This document shows, piece by piece, positions 40,251-50,234 of a stretch of DNA of 64,000 nucleotides. The notes beneath the pieces were generated by a model. It had not been told where the DNA came from, made no database searches, and worked only from the letters and a program-made list of their open reading frames with translations. Position numbers and translations under genes: made by a program. Location of the stretch: contig JBAUTB010000089.1 of assembly GCA_049582005.1 (NCBI GenBank), forward strand, positions 5,851-69,850. The letters are read 5' to 3'. Position 1 is the first letter of the stretch; every line of letters starts with the position of its first letter. The DNA is from Gloeobacterales cyanobacterium. Lineage in GTDB: Bacteria; Cyanobacteriota; Cyanobacteriia; Gloeobacterales; PMM-0068.

Positions 40251-43200
40251 ATGACCGTATTTGATCAGAATGAGCCGCGCCCTTCCAAGGCGGGCGCGAT
40301 TCGTCCACAGTTTATTAACCGCAAAGTAGACAAAAAGAGTCTTGGGAAGCTGATTGCTTGGTCTTTCACTACCCATGGCACCGCCCGTACGGCAACCTTG
40401 GCAGACCGTTTGAAAGACTTAGGATTTCGCTATGCCACGAAGGCTGGGGTTTCCATCTCTGTAGAAGACTTGGAAGTGCCGAAAGAGAAAAAAGCAATTC
40501 TAGAGCGGGCCGAACTGGAAATTGAACGGGCTGAAGAACGCTATACCCGCGGCGAAATTACCCAAATTGAGCGCTATCAGAAGGTTATTGATACCTGGGC
40601 CGGGGCGACGGAAGAACTCACGCAAAACGTAAAAGAGAACTTCCAGAATGTCAATCCTTTGAATCCTGTCGGCATGATGGCTTTCTCCGGAGCACGGGGT
40701 AATCTCTCTCAGGTTCGTCAGCTGGTAGGAATGCGTGGTCTGATGGCCGATCCGCAAGGGGAAATCATCGACCAACCGATTAAAACCAACTTCCGCGAAG
40801 GGCTGAATGTCACGGAGTACATCATCTCCAGTTATGGAGCCCGTAAAGGTCTGGTAGACACGGCCCTCCGTACGGCTGACTCTGGGTATCTCACCCGTCG
40901 TCTGGTAGACGTTTCCCAGGACGTGATTGTTCGGGAAGAGGACTGCTTCACGGATCGAGGACTGGAAGTTACCCCTCTCAAAGATGGCGACCGGGTTGTC
41001 ATGCCTATCTCTGAAAGGATCTTGGGACGGACCTTAGCCCGTGACCTCATAGACCCCAAAACCGGTGAAGTGATTGCAACCCGCAATACAATCTTCGACC
41101 AAGACCTGATCGATCGGGTGGAAAAACTCAACTTTGAATCCATGTGGGTGCGTTCTCCTCTGACTTGCGAAGCTAACCGTTCGGTGTGCCGTCTCTGCTA
41201 CGGCTGGTCTTTGGCCCACTGCAAACTGGTAGACATTGGAGAAGCGGTAGGTATTATTGCGGCCCAGTCTATTGGAGAACCGGGAACCCAGTTAACGATG
41301 CGGACCTTCCACACGGGAGGGGTGTTTTCCGGGGAAATCGCTCAAGTCTTGAAGGCTCCGTTTGCTGGAAAAGTTAAGTATTCCAAGACTCTGCGTTTCC
41401 GTCCTTTCCGAACCCGTCACGGAGATGAAGCACTGCAGGTCGAGCAACTTGGGACCATAACGATTGAGGGGGCAGGCAACCGCAAACAGGCCGTTGAGTT
41501 TAACCAGGGTTCTACGATTTATGTGCGTGATGGAGCCGTGGTAACTGAGGGACAGATGATTGGAGAGGTCGCTGCAGCGGGTAAGACCTCGCGTAAAACG
41601 ACAGAAAAAGCAACCAAAGAAGTCGCCTCGGATATTGCTGGACAAGTACAGTTTGCAGACCTAACGGCTGAAATCAAAACCGACCGTCAAGGCAACGAGA
41701 CCAGCTATGCTTCCCGCTCCGGTCTGCTGTGGGTACTTTCCGGCGAGGTCTATAACTTGCCGCCTGGGGCAGAAGGTCTGGTTAAGAATGGAGACCGCAT
41801 TGAAGAAGGTGGGGTCATAGCGCGCAATCGTCTCGTCAGTGAACGGGGTGGACAGGTTCGCCTCAGAGACCGAGAAACCAAGGGTGGCCGGGAGGTAGAA
41901 ATTATCACCGCTTCGGTCTTGCTCGATAAAGCAGCCGTTCGTGAAGAGCACTCTCAAGGACGAGAACACTATTCCTTGATTGCCCCTAATGGTCAGGTAT
42001 TTACGCTGAAAGCCGTTCCTGGTAACAAGGTGAACAATCACCAAACCGTTGCAGAACTGGTGGACGAGCGCTACCGTACCCGTATGGGAGGTTTGGTCCG
42101 TTATGCCGAAGGTTTGGAAGTCTCAAAGACCAGTCGGGCCAAACAAGGGTATGAGGTGGTCCATGGCGGGACCCTCCTTTGGATTCCAGAAGAAACCCGC
42201 GAAGTGAACAAAGATATCTCCCTTTTGGAAGTGGAAGATGGTCAGTTCGTAGAAGCTGGGACTACGGTGGTCAAAGACATCGTTTGCCAATCTTCGGGAA
42301 TTGTTTACGTCAGTCAGCGGAACGACATTCTCCGTGAGATCTCCATCAAACCTGGGGACTTGCATCTTTTGGAGAGTCCCAGCGATTTGAAATTCGCTAC
42401 AGAAACCTTGATCCAACCAGGGACCGAAATTCTTCCCGGTGTGATCGTCAATGACCTGCGCTACTTGGAAATCATCGAGACTCCAGAAGGCACTGCTGCG
42501 CTTTTGCGGCCTGTGGTGGAATACCAAATTGCCAATGAGCCTGATGCTCCTAGCCAAGAGACCGAATCTCAAGAGGGGTTGAGCATCCGCCTGAAAGGGG
42601 TTCAACGCTTGGCCCTCAAAGATGGAGAACGGATTAAGTCGGTAGATGGGGTAGATTTGGTCAAGACCCAGTTAGTCCTTGAAATTGCGGATGGGTCCTC
42701 TTCTTCTCAGCAACTTTCAGCAGATATTGAGCTCTTACCAGATCCTAAAGACGCAGATATCCTAAGACTCCAATTGGTTATTTTGGAAACCCTGTTGGTC
42801 CGTCGAGATGTTAGTGCAGATCTAGTCCAAGGCCAGACCCAAACCAAGATTTTGGTCAAAGATGGGGACATGATTACCCCAGGGGCTGAGGTAGCGAGCA
42901 CAGAAATCCAGGCCAAACACACAGGTATCGTCCAAGGTATCTCCAAGATTGGTGAACATGTCCGCCGACTTCTGATTGTTACCAATGAAGATATAACCGA
43001 AGTTCCCGTCAAGAATCCTACGGTTAAAGTAGGCGACCTCGTTCGTTCTGCGGATGCGTTGGGAGAAGGTCAGCCTTCTTCGCTCTCCGGTCAAGTCGTG
43101 GCAGTGGGAGCAAACACGGTATCTGTACGAAAGGGCAGACCCTATCTGGTATCTGGGGGCGCTATTCTCCAGGTGGAAAACGGAGCTTTGGTACAACGGG

Positions 43201-44123
43201 GGGATAACCTTTCTCTACTGGTCTATGAACGGGCAAAAACAGGAGACATTATCCAAGGCTTACCTCGGGTAGAAGAGCTTTTAGAAGCTCGTAAACCCAA
43301 AGAGATGTGTGTGCTGGCCCAGCGGGCAGGGACTATCCAAGTCAGTCAATTGCCGGATGACACGATTCAGGTAAAGGTAGTGGAGACGGATGGTACGGTC
43401 ACTGATTACGCTCTGTTACCAGGCCAAAATCTGGTAGTCAGTGATGGTCAGAGCATCCAAGCGGGAGAGCCCATTACCGACGGTCCGGCAAACCCCCATG
43501 ACATCCTGAGTGTTTTCGCCGAACAAAAAGGGATTCAACAAGGGATTGCCCAAGTACAGCGCTACTTAGTGAACGAGGTCCAGTCGGTCTATCGCTCTCA
43601 GGGGGTTGATATTTCCGAGAAGCACATCGAAATCATTGTTCGTCAGATGACTTCTAAGGTGCGGATTGATGATGGTGGAGACACTACCTTCCTTCCAGGA
43701 GAGTTGATTGAACTGCGGCAAGTGGAACAGGTGAACGAAGCAATGGCGATCACAGGGGGAGCTCCAGCTCAATGTACTCCGGTTCTCCTGGGGATCACGA
43801 AGGCTTCTCTGAATACGGATTCGTTTATCTCGGCAGCTTCTTTCCAGGAGACGACCAGAGTACTCACAGAAGCAGCGATCGAAGGTAAGTCTGACTGGCT
43901 CAGAGGCCTCAAGGAAAACGTGATCATTGGACGACTGATTCCTGCAGGTACGGGCTTTAATGCCTACGAAGACCAGTTTGAAGAAACCGATGAAGAGGAC
44001 AATATCATCGATGATGAGTTGGTTTCCCCTCGCATTGGGGCCTACATCACGGAGGTGGACTTAAAAGAAAGCCTGCTTTCCACCACAGACATAAGCCTCG
44101 ATGAAGATGATGACGAAGAATAA
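40251..44123 (+). CDS. rpoC2: DNA-directed RNA polymerase subunit beta-prime (C-terminal half with large lineage-specific insertion)
   Basis: [37 protein letters not shown] and [14 protein letters not shown]. 1290 aa with an acidic tail. Confidence 0.97.
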   Translation: MTVFDQNEPRPSKAGAIRPQFINRKVDKKSLGKLIAWSFTTHGTARTATLADRLKDLGFRYATKAGVSISVEDLEVPKEKKAILERAELEIERAEERYTRGEITQIERYQKVIDTWAGATEELTQNVKENFQNVNPLNPVGMMAFSGARGNLSQVRQLVGMRGLMADPQGEIIDQPIKTNFREGLNVTEYIISSYGARKGLVDTALRTADSGYLTRRLVDVSQDVIVREEDCFTDRGLEVTPLKDGDRVVMPISERILGRTLARDLIDPKTGEVIATRNTIFDQDLIDRVEKLNFESMWVRSPLTCEANRSVCRLCYGWSLAHCKLVDIGEAVGIIAAQSIGEPGTQLTMRTFHTGGVFSGEIAQVLKAPFAGKVKYSKTLRFRPFRTRHGDEALQVEQLGTITIEGAGNRKQAVEFNQGSTIYVRDGAVVTEGQMIGEVAAAGKTSRKTTEKATKEVASDIAGQVQFADLTAEIKTDRQGNETSYASRSGLLWVLSGEVYNLPPGAEGLVKNGDRIEEGGVIARNRLVSERGGQVRLRDRETKGGREVEIITASVLLDKAAVREEHSQGREHYSLIAPNGQVFTLKAVPGNKVNNHQTVAELVDERYRTRMGGLVRYAEGLEVSKTSRAKQGYEVVHGGTLLWIPEETREVNKDISLLEVEDGQFVEAGTTVVKDIVCQSSGIVYVSQRNDILREISIKPGDLHLLESPSDLKFATETLIQPGTEILPGVIVNDLRYLEIIETPEGTAALLRPVVEYQIANEPDAPSQETESQEGLSIRLKGVQRLALKDGERIKSVDGVDLVKTQLVLEIADGSSSSQQLSADIELLPDPKDADILRLQLVILETLLVRRDVSADLVQGQTQTKILVKDGDMITPGAEVASTEIQAKHTGIVQGISKIGEHVRRLLIVTNEDITEVPVKNPTVKVGDLVRSADALGEGQPSSLSGQVVAVGANTVSVRKGRPYLVSGGAILQVENGALVQRGDNLSLLVYERAKTGDIIQGLPRVEELLEARKPKEMCVLAQRAGTIQVSQLPDDTIQVKVVETDGTVTDYALLPGQNLVVSDGQSIQAGEPITDGPANPHDILSVFAEQKGIQQGIAQVQRYLVNEVQSVYRSQGVDISEKHIEIIVRQMTSKVRIDDGGDTTFLPGELIELRQVEQVNEAMAITGGAPAQCTPVLLGITKASLNTDSFISAASFQETTRVLTEAAIEGKSDWLRGLKENVIIGRLIPAGTGFNAYEDQFEETDEEDNIIDDELVSPRIGAYITEVDLKESLLSTTDISLDEDDDEE

Positions 44124-44153
44124 ATAACGGAGCCCATAGGCTCTAATACTGGA

Positions 44154-44174
44154 GGGGGCCTAGCCCCCTTTTTT
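44154..44174 (+). terminator. rho-independent terminator after rpoC2
   Basis: GGGGGC (44154-44159), loop CTA, GCCCCC (44163-44168), then TTTTTT (44169-44174). A second small hairpin, GAGCC-CATA-GGCTC, lies at 44130-44143. Confidence 0.8.
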
Positions 44175-44178
44175 GGTC

Positions 44179-44946
44179 ATGATTGGATTTCTAGAACAAT
44201 CCTTGAGTTGGCAAGGCGTTAATATTTTTGCCCTCTCTGCTGGCGTGCGACCGTTTAAAGGCATGGTCGTGCTGCTACATGGCATGGGCGGTGGCATCAG
44301 TCACTGGTTCCAAACCGCTGAAGTACTGGCTGAACGTGGATATCAGGTGGTTGTCTTGGATCTGCCGGGACATGGAAAATCAGCCATGCCAGAAAAGCTA
44401 TCTCCTGAATGGATCGGACGCAATCTTGCTCAGTGGCTGGAAGAACCGACTATCCTCATCGGTCATAGCTTAGGTGGATGGGTAGCCTTAAGGGCCTATC
44501 TACATAATCCCAAAAAAGTCAAAGCCTTGGTCCTAGTCGCCAGTGCCGGTTTGGAAGGCATTGTTGACCGTCCTCCCAAGGTGCGTCTTGATCAAGGACT
44601 AAATGTCATAGACCAGATTGTGCGTTCCGCTATTTATAAACCGGAAGCCTTGGACCCTCGGGTTCTACAAGACCTGATGTTGGGTACGGTCACAGCTCCT
44701 GCTTTACTAAGAATGAAACCCGAAGGCAAAATTAGTCTAGACGAGCTTGGCAAGATTCATATCCCCACCTTGTTGTATTGGGGCAAAGAAGATGGATTGA
44801 TCCCTGTCTCTTGGGCGGAACAATTTCGCAAGCATATCGCTAAAAGCCAGTTGGTGATTAAAGATCAATGCGGTCATTTGCCCCAAATTGAACAACCGGA
44901 ACATTTCGAAAAGACGTTATTCCATTTCTTGCAGACCCTACCATGA
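44179..44946 (+). CDS. alpha/beta hydrolase
   Basis: VVLLHGMGG, the nucleophile elbow GHSLGG, and a C-terminal CGHLPQIEQPE. ATG 44179 is preferred over the track's TTG at 44173. Confidence 0.8.
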   Translation: MIGFLEQSLSWQGVNIFALSAGVRPFKGMVVLLHGMGGGISHWFQTAEVLAERGYQVVVLDLPGHGKSAMPEKLSPEWIGRNLAQWLEEPTILIGHSLGGWVALRAYLHNPKKVKALVLVASAGLEGIVDRPPKVRLDQGLNVIDQIVRSAIYKPEALDPRVLQDLMLGTVTAPALLRMKPEGKISLDELGKIHIPTLLYWGKEDGLIPVSWAEQFRKHIAKSQLVIKDQCGHLPQIEQPEHFEKTLFHFLQTLP

Positions 44947-46118
44947 GCCATCGCACCCTAGACCAAATCAATGAACGCATCCTGGATGGAACGGTCCGGG
45001 TGCGCACGGTGCAAGAGATTAAAGAGATGGCTGTGCGGGAGGGGATTCCAAAAACCTATGAACAGACGGATGTCATCACCACAGGCACCTTTGAAGCGAT
45101 GGAAGGGTCAGGAGCGATTCTCAATATTGGTCATACCGACCCTCCGATTCGTTTGGCAAAGGCTTGGCTGAACGATGTAGAAGTCTACTGTGGCTTTGGG
45201 GCTGTGGATCTATTTTTGGGCGCAGCGCAACCGGCTACCCGCGAATCGGGTCCTTTGGAATCAGAAGAATGGCAGTATGGCGGTGGGCATGTCATGGAAC
45301 AGTTGATCGCAGGGAAGGAAGTACGTTTTCGAGGAATCGGCAGTGCGAATGATTGCTATCCTCGCAAATCCTTCGAGACGCTGATTACCAAAGATTCCAT
45401 CAATCAGTTTTATCTGTTCAATCCCCGTAATGCCTATCAGAACTTTCTGGTGGGGGTCAATGGTGGGGAGCGGACCCTCTATACCTATCTTGGGACCCTT
45501 CAAAATAATCTTGGCAACGCCGTTTATGGGAATGCAGGAGCTGTTTCTCCGCTGTTGAATGACCCTGAATTAGAAGTCGTTGGCATTGGCACCCGCATTT
45601 TTTTAGGGGGCGGGGTGGGCTACATCGCCTGGGAAGGAACCCAGCATTTCCCGTTACAAAAACGTCTGCCCAATGGCACTCCCTTAGGCCCCGCCGCCAC
45701 CCTCGCTCTGATTGGAGACGCCAAGCAAATGCAAAGTGCTTGGGTCAGAGGCTGCCATTTCCACAACTACGGAACCTCAGTGATGCTAGGCGTGGGTATT
45801 CCTCTGCCCGTGCTATCTCCAAACGTGATTGAACGGGCGGCAGTTCCCGATAGCGAAATCATGGCTCCAGTAGTTGATTTTTCGATCCCACGTAGAGTGC
45901 GACCTACCTTTGGCTTAGTGAGCTATGCCCAACTGAAGTCTGGGTCGATAACGATTCAAGGCAAAAAAATCAAAACGGCTCCGGTATCAAGTTTATTTCT
46001 CGCCCAAAAAGTAGCGGAAGAACTGAAGCAATGGATTGAGAAGGGAACATTTACGTTGACAGAACCGGTAGCTCCGCTGCCGATGGATCGTACGTTCCTT
46101 CCCCAAGATGCCCGATAG
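44943..46118 (+). CDS. COG1900/DUF39 family protein (homolog of the methanogen-type homocysteine biosynthesis enzyme; no CBS domains)
   Basis: 391 aa. N-terminal TLDQINERI..GTV.V.TV.E....V....IP....DV.TTGTF..M.GSGA.LN.GH.DPPI resembles the DUF39 N-terminus as I recall it. ATGA overlap with the upstream hydrolase. Confidence 0.7.
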   Translation: MSHRTLDQINERILDGTVRVRTVQEIKEMAVREGIPKTYEQTDVITTGTFEAMEGSGAILNIGHTDPPIRLAKAWLNDVEVYCGFGAVDLFLGAAQPATRESGPLESEEWQYGGGHVMEQLIAGKEVRFRGIGSANDCYPRKSFETLITKDSINQFYLFNPRNAYQNFLVGVNGGERTLYTYLGTLQNNLGNAVYGNAGAVSPLLNDPELEVVGIGTRIFLGGGVGYIAWEGTQHFPLQKRLPNGTPLGPAATLALIGDAKQMQSAWVRGCHFHNYGTSVMLGVGIPLPVLSPNVIERAAVPDSEIMAPVVDFSIPRRVRPTFGLVSYAQLKSGSITIQGKKIKTAPVSSLFLAQKVAEELKQWIEKGTFTLTEPVAPLPMDRTFLPQDAR

Positions 46119-46146
46119 AGCACCCTGTCTGTTCTATGGGTTCAGT

Positions 46147-46857
46147 CTAAAGGACACGCTCAAAGTACATGGTTTGTTGTTCTGTATCGAGGACTGCACA
46201 GACCGATGGTAGTCGGTCAAAGAGCAACTGTGAAGTATTGCCACAGGAGATGACGTACTTGTTCTGGCTCCAGTCCATTTGCTGGGTCCAACTGCGTTCC
46301 GCGTGTTGCCAAGGGTCAATCGTTTCCAATCCCTCTGGTTTTTGGATGTGCAGCCGAGTGCAGTGGACGTGGCCGGAAAGAGTTACAGGCGTGGGTGCTA
46401 GCGCTAGCGTGCGCTGGACATTGGATAGATTATGGAGAAGCATGTAGCGGTCTTCATAGGAAGCATGGACCGCCGTCACTTCCGGATGAGGGGTGATATT
46501 TTCAGGCAGGTTATCCAAAAATTCTTGGTTCTCAGGAGTGAGGTGCTGTTGGGTTAAACGGGTGTGCAGTTCAGATTTGGGATTAAAAAAAACAATCTTG
46601 TTGTCTTTCCCATAGTTGACTGCCCCGTGGTCATGATTACCGCCTACGGTAGGGATGCCCCACTGCCGAATCGTATTCACGACTTCATTGGGGCGCTGAC
46701 CATGAACCACGAGATCTCCAAGGCACAGTAAACGATCCACGCTCAGTTTTTCCAAGCGCTTCAAGACCCGCATCAAAGATGCGAAATCGCCATGTACGTC
46801 CGTAAAGATCCCTAGTTTCACAGCTCTAGTGTGCCCTAACTTTCTACGGCTCGCCAT
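46147..46857 (-). CDS. metallophosphoesterase family protein
   Basis: TDVHGD, GDLVVHG, GGNHD and SGHVH calcineurin-like motifs. Confidence 0.8.
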   Translation of the reverse strand: MASRRKLGHTRAVKLGIFTDVHGDFASLMRVLKRLEKLSVDRLLCLGDLVVHGQRPNEVVNTIRQWGIPTVGGNHDHGAVNYGKDNKIVFFNPKSELHTRLTQQHLTPENQEFLDNLPENITPHPEVTAVHASYEDRYMLLHNLSNVQRTLALAPTPVTLSGHVHCTRLHIQKPEGLETIDPWQHAERSWTQQMDWSQNKYVISCGNTSQLLFDRLPSVCAVLDTEQQTMYFERVL

Positions 46858-46882
46858 AGCAGCAGTAGAAAAGTTATTCAGC

Positions 46883-47590
46883 TTAAGGCTTGGAAGCTGT
46901 TGCTCTAGGTAATCGATCTAAATCTCGATTGGCCCCAATAATGACGATTACGTCCCCCGTTTGCATGAAGTCTTTTGGGCCTGGGTTGATATTGAACTTA
47001 TCTCCATGCCGGATAGCCAATATATTCACCCCATAGCGATGTCGCAGATTTAATTCTTGCAGCGAGATCCCTGCAAACTCTTCCGGCGCACATACTTCCA
47101 CAATACTGTGCTCATTATCTAGCTGTAGAGATTCCAGAATGCCATCGGAAGTCAAAGAAAGTGCTACATTCCTGCCCATATCGCTCTCAGGATAAACAAC
47201 GCGGTCTGCACCAACTTTTTGGAGTACGGTTCCCTGAATGGGGCTAATCGCCTTGGCTACCACATGAGCCACCCCTAAAGATTTGGCATTGAGGGTCGCG
47301 AGAATACTTTGTTCTAAAGCACTACCAATCGCCACCACGACAACCCCAAACTCACGAATCCCTACCTGGCGCAGGGCCTCTGGATCCGTCGCATCTGCTT
47401 GCAGAACTTGCGTGGCAAGGTCTTCTCCTGCTGCCTGACGAACTCGCTCTGGATCATTATCTAAAGCGAGGACCTCATACCCCAGTTGATGGAGGGTGCG
47501 CGCCACCGCTGTGCCAAAACGCCCCAACCCAATCACTACAAACTGATGACGCTGATTCGTCTTAAACCAATTTTTAAATGATAGTTCCAT
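46883..47590 (-). CDS. ktrA: K+ transporter peripheral regulatory subunit (RCK: TrkA-N + TrkA-C)
   Basis: FVVIGLGRFG Rossmann motif. 235 aa. Adjacent to the TrkH/KtrB-family membrane subunit. Confidence 0.8.
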   Translation of the reverse strand: MELSFKNWFKTNQRHQFVVIGLGRFGTAVARTLHQLGYEVLALDNDPERVRQAAGEDLATQVLQADATDPEALRQVGIREFGVVVVAIGSALEQSILATLNAKSLGVAHVVAKAISPIQGTVLQKVGADRVVYPESDMGRNVALSLTSDGILESLQLDNEHSIVEVCAPEEFAGISLQELNLRHRYGVNILAIRHGDKFNINPGPKDFMQTGDVIVIIGANRDLDRLPRATASKP

Positions 47591-47598
47591 AGTCTTTT

Positions 47599-48960
47599 CT
47601 AGCCTATAAGAATGGGTTCTTCGGGTTGTCGGTAGGAAGCAGTAGGCTTGCGGGACAAGATGGATTCGGCCAAGAGAAGAAAGCCAACTCTGCCGATATA
47701 CATCGTGAGAATCAAAATGATCTGTCCCGCTGAAGATATCTGAGCGGTAATCCCTGTAGACAGTCCGACAGTGCAGAATCCGGAAACCACTTCAAATAAA
47801 AGTTTGACGAAGGGCAGCGTGGGATCGGTGAGCGTTAAGCCCATAACCGCCAAGGCCATGGTGGCGGTAGAACCCAGGAGTACGGCACTGGCTTTGCGAA
47901 CCGCATTGGAACTCAGTCTGCGGTCCAAGAGCATCACATCTTCTCTCCCGCGCACGACGGCCAATACATTACTCACCAAAATGGCAAAGGTAGTTGTTTT
48001 CAAACCTCCGCCCGTGGAAGCAGGAGAGGCCCCAATCAGCATCAAGAGAATGAGCCAAAACCAGTCTGCCTCTTGCATATTCTCCAAGGCCACGGCATTA
48101 AATCCTGCGGTCCGAGCACTAATCGAGTGAAAAAGAGCATTGCTGAATTGATGGGCTGCATCTAAACCTCCCAGCGTTTTCGGATTATTGACCTCAATCA
48201 GGAAAATTACTATCGTTCCTACCACAATCAGAATTACAGAGGTGAGAAGAACAACTCGGGTATGTAAAGAGAGGGTCGCTACTTTAGAAGTTCTGCGCCA
48301 TCTCCAGGTACCTGAATCATGTATCCAGAAACTTTGATACAACTCGATCCAAACCTGATATCCAAGTCCACCAGCCACGATCAGAAAACCTAAAACTCCT
48401 AAGATCCAGAAGTTAGTTTGTAGAGAAGTTAGATTGTCTTTAAGTAAACCAAAGCCTGCATTATTGAAGGCGCTGACACTATGAAAAACAGAAAACCATA
48501 GCCCGGAAGCAAACCCCATTTTGGCAATCATCATAGGCGCGATTAAAAGAGCCCCAATCAATTCAAAGCCAAGGGTGAGCGCAGCAATGCGACCGAGTAA
48601 ACGCACCACCTCAATGCCGCCCAGACTACCCATAGCCTCTTTCAGAGCTATACGGTCGCGGAGGCTCAGGCGTTTTCCCACCAACAAGAGGAGTAGAGTC
48701 GTGGCCGTCATATACCCCAATCCGCCTAGCTGGATCAGCAGGCAGATAATCGCTTGACCCAAGAAAGAATAGTAAGACCCGGTATCTACAACCACCAAAC
48801 CTGTTACGCATATAGCAGAAGTTGCCGTAAAAAGGGCAACCAAAAAAGTATTCCATTCCCCTGTAGCGGTTGCCCAAGGCAGCATCAGGAGAAACGTCCC
48901 GATGGTGATGAAGGCGATGAAGCCAAGACAAATAGTGCGGGCAGGAGAGAGATTCAGCAC
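47599..48960 (-). CDS. ktrB: K+ transporter membrane subunit (TrkH/KtrB family)
   Basis: 453 aa polytopic protein. Selectivity-filter-like segments TATSAICVTGL, SAFNNAGFG, SARTAGFN and FCTVGLSTG. Confidence 0.85.
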   Translation of the reverse strand: MLNLSPARTICLGFIAFITIGTFLLMLPWATATGEWNTFLVALFTATSAICVTGLVVVDTGSYYSFLGQAIICLLIQLGGLGYMTATTLLLLLVGKRLSLRDRIALKEAMGSLGGIEVVRLLGRIAALTLGFELIGALLIAPMMIAKMGFASGLWFSVFHSVSAFNNAGFGLLKDNLTSLQTNFWILGVLGFLIVAGGLGYQVWIELYQSFWIHDSGTWRWRRTSKVATLSLHTRVVLLTSVILIVVGTIVIFLIEVNNPKTLGGLDAAHQFSNALFHSISARTAGFNAVALENMQEADWFWLILLMLIGASPASTGGGLKTTTFAILVSNVLAVVRGREDVMLLDRRLSSNAVRKASAVLLGSTATMALAVMGLTLTDPTLPFVKLLFEVVSGFCTVGLSTGITAQISSAGQIILILTMYIGRVGFLLLAESILSRKPTASYRQPEEPILIG

Positions 48961-49072
48961 CGGATAGCTCTATCTCGTACGTTTTACTCACTGTAGCTAT
49001 TGCGGAGTTTGAGCTGCCACACTCCTTCCTATGCTTGAGCCGTAGCTAGCTTTATCCCGTAGTGAAGAAGTA

Positions 49073-49426
49073 TCAATCCTCAACCTTGTCAGGTTCTCTG
49101 TCTGAGCCACCATCCTCAGGCCAAATAATCTCGGAAGCCAGCACTTCTTTCAAAAGGTCTTGGAAATCTGCTTCATCATTCAGCAGATAGATATCCATCA
49201 GTTCCACCTGAGCAAAGACTCCTGGAGAACGGTCTTGAGCATAGACATTGGCCTCAAACTCCACTTCGTCCCCTACAAGTTCTAGACGGACTTCAATCAT
49301 TCCGTGCTGTTCAATGGGGAAACAGCCCACGCAGCGGGTTGGCCCTTGTTTACACTGGGGGGTTCGTCGGGCAAGAATACGAGAAACGGACTGGAATAGT
49401 TCTTCGGGAGAGGAGGACATAAGCAC
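49073..49426 (-). CDS. hypothetical protein (acidic C-terminus)
   Basis: 117-aa ORF with no competing ORF of similar quality. I recognise no family. Confidence 0.45.
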   Translation of the reverse strand: MLMSSSPEELFQSVSRILARRTPQCKQGPTRCVGCFPIEQHGMIEVRLELVGDEVEFEANVYAQDRSPGVFAQVELMDIYLLNDEADFQDLLKEVLASEIIWPEDGGSDREPDKVED

Positions 49427-49477
49427 GCGATAGGTAATTCTTGGCCTATCTTAGAAGGTGTAGCGTACCTCTGGGCT

Positions 49478-49678
49478 GTGGACGATTTTTTTAAAGCGGT
49501 ATCCAAATATCCTGTGTTCTTGGTGAGTGTAAGCCTCGGCATATTCATAGATGCCTGGGACACCAGGGTAAAGCCTCTACTCACGAACCCTTTGAGAGTG
49601 GCTTTTGCCCTAGCTTTTTTTGGGCTCGCCTTTGCTGGTTTGGTGTTTACCCTGAAGGCCATGCTGAGGGTTAGCTAA
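49478..49678 (+). CDS. DUF751 (Ycf33-like) small membrane protein
   Basis: 66 aa. FFKAVSKYPVFLVSVSLGIFI resembles the Ycf33/DUF751 N-terminus. Two hydrophobic segments. GTG start. Confidence 0.6.
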   Translation: MDDFFKAVSKYPVFLVSVSLGIFIDAWDTRVKPLLTNPLRVAFALAFFGLAFAGLVFTLKAMLRVS

Positions 49679-49686
49679 GAGCAGCA

Positions 49687-49881
49687 CTAAGCAACTCTTT
49701 TTAGATCCTCATAGGCACCGGTGCCTTGTCCGTCGTTATGACCCATGGTGTAGGCAATGTCTACGAGTCCGACCGTAAGATTGGTGATTTTCAAAGCCTC
49801 TAAAGAGTCTAAGGACTCTGTAGCATCCAACATGAATTTTTCAACAGATCTACGCAACATTTCGGGGAGGGTTATTTCCAT
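49687..49881 (-). CDS. hypothetical small protein
   Basis: 64-aa ORF only. No family recognised. Confidence 0.35.
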   Translation of the reverse strand: MEITLPEMLRRSVEKFMLDATESLDSLEALKITNLTVGLVDIAYTMGHNDGQGTGAYEDLKRVA

Positions 49882-50029
49882 AACGTTCCTTCATCTAACT
49901 TTACATTTCCACTATAGCTCACGACATTAAGAAACGTTAAGCAATGAATGCTCGTGGAGGCTTGGAGGGTTCGCAAGGCAAGGCTTTGGGCTAAGATTTG
50001 GATGCGTAACATTTGAATAAGGAAAACGC

Positions 50030-50185
50030 ATGAGCCCGCTCGTATTTTTTGGTGCCATTATTGCTGCGATTGTTTTGCTCGCAAGCACTGCTCTCTTTTT
50101 CATTGGGAGAAGTGGACAGCCCCTGTTCCCTAACCTACAAAATTTACCGGATGCGCTACCTTTTGGAAAAAAGAAGGATTCTTAG
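50030..50185 (+). CDS. possible small single-pass membrane protein (51 aa, below the ORF-track cutoff)
   Basis: My translation gives MSPLVFFGAIIAAIVLLASTALFFIGRSGQPLFPNLQNLPDALPFGKKKDS. AAGGA lies 8 nt upstream of the ATG. It sits in an otherwise empty gap. Confidence 0.35.
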   Translation: MSPLVFFGAIIAAIVLLASTALFFIGRSGQPLFPNLQNLPDALPFGKKKDS

Positions 50186-50234
50186 CTTTGACGTGGAACT
50201 CTTCTAGTATAGTTTTTGCTCGAAACGTATCCCT

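Noticed and set aside
48961-49072. I considered a c-di-AMP (ydaO-type) riboswitch upstream of ktrB.
   Set aside because: The spacer is only 112 nt, too short for the motif as I know it (about 130+ nt), and I see no pseudo-two-fold ACGGGGA-type cores.
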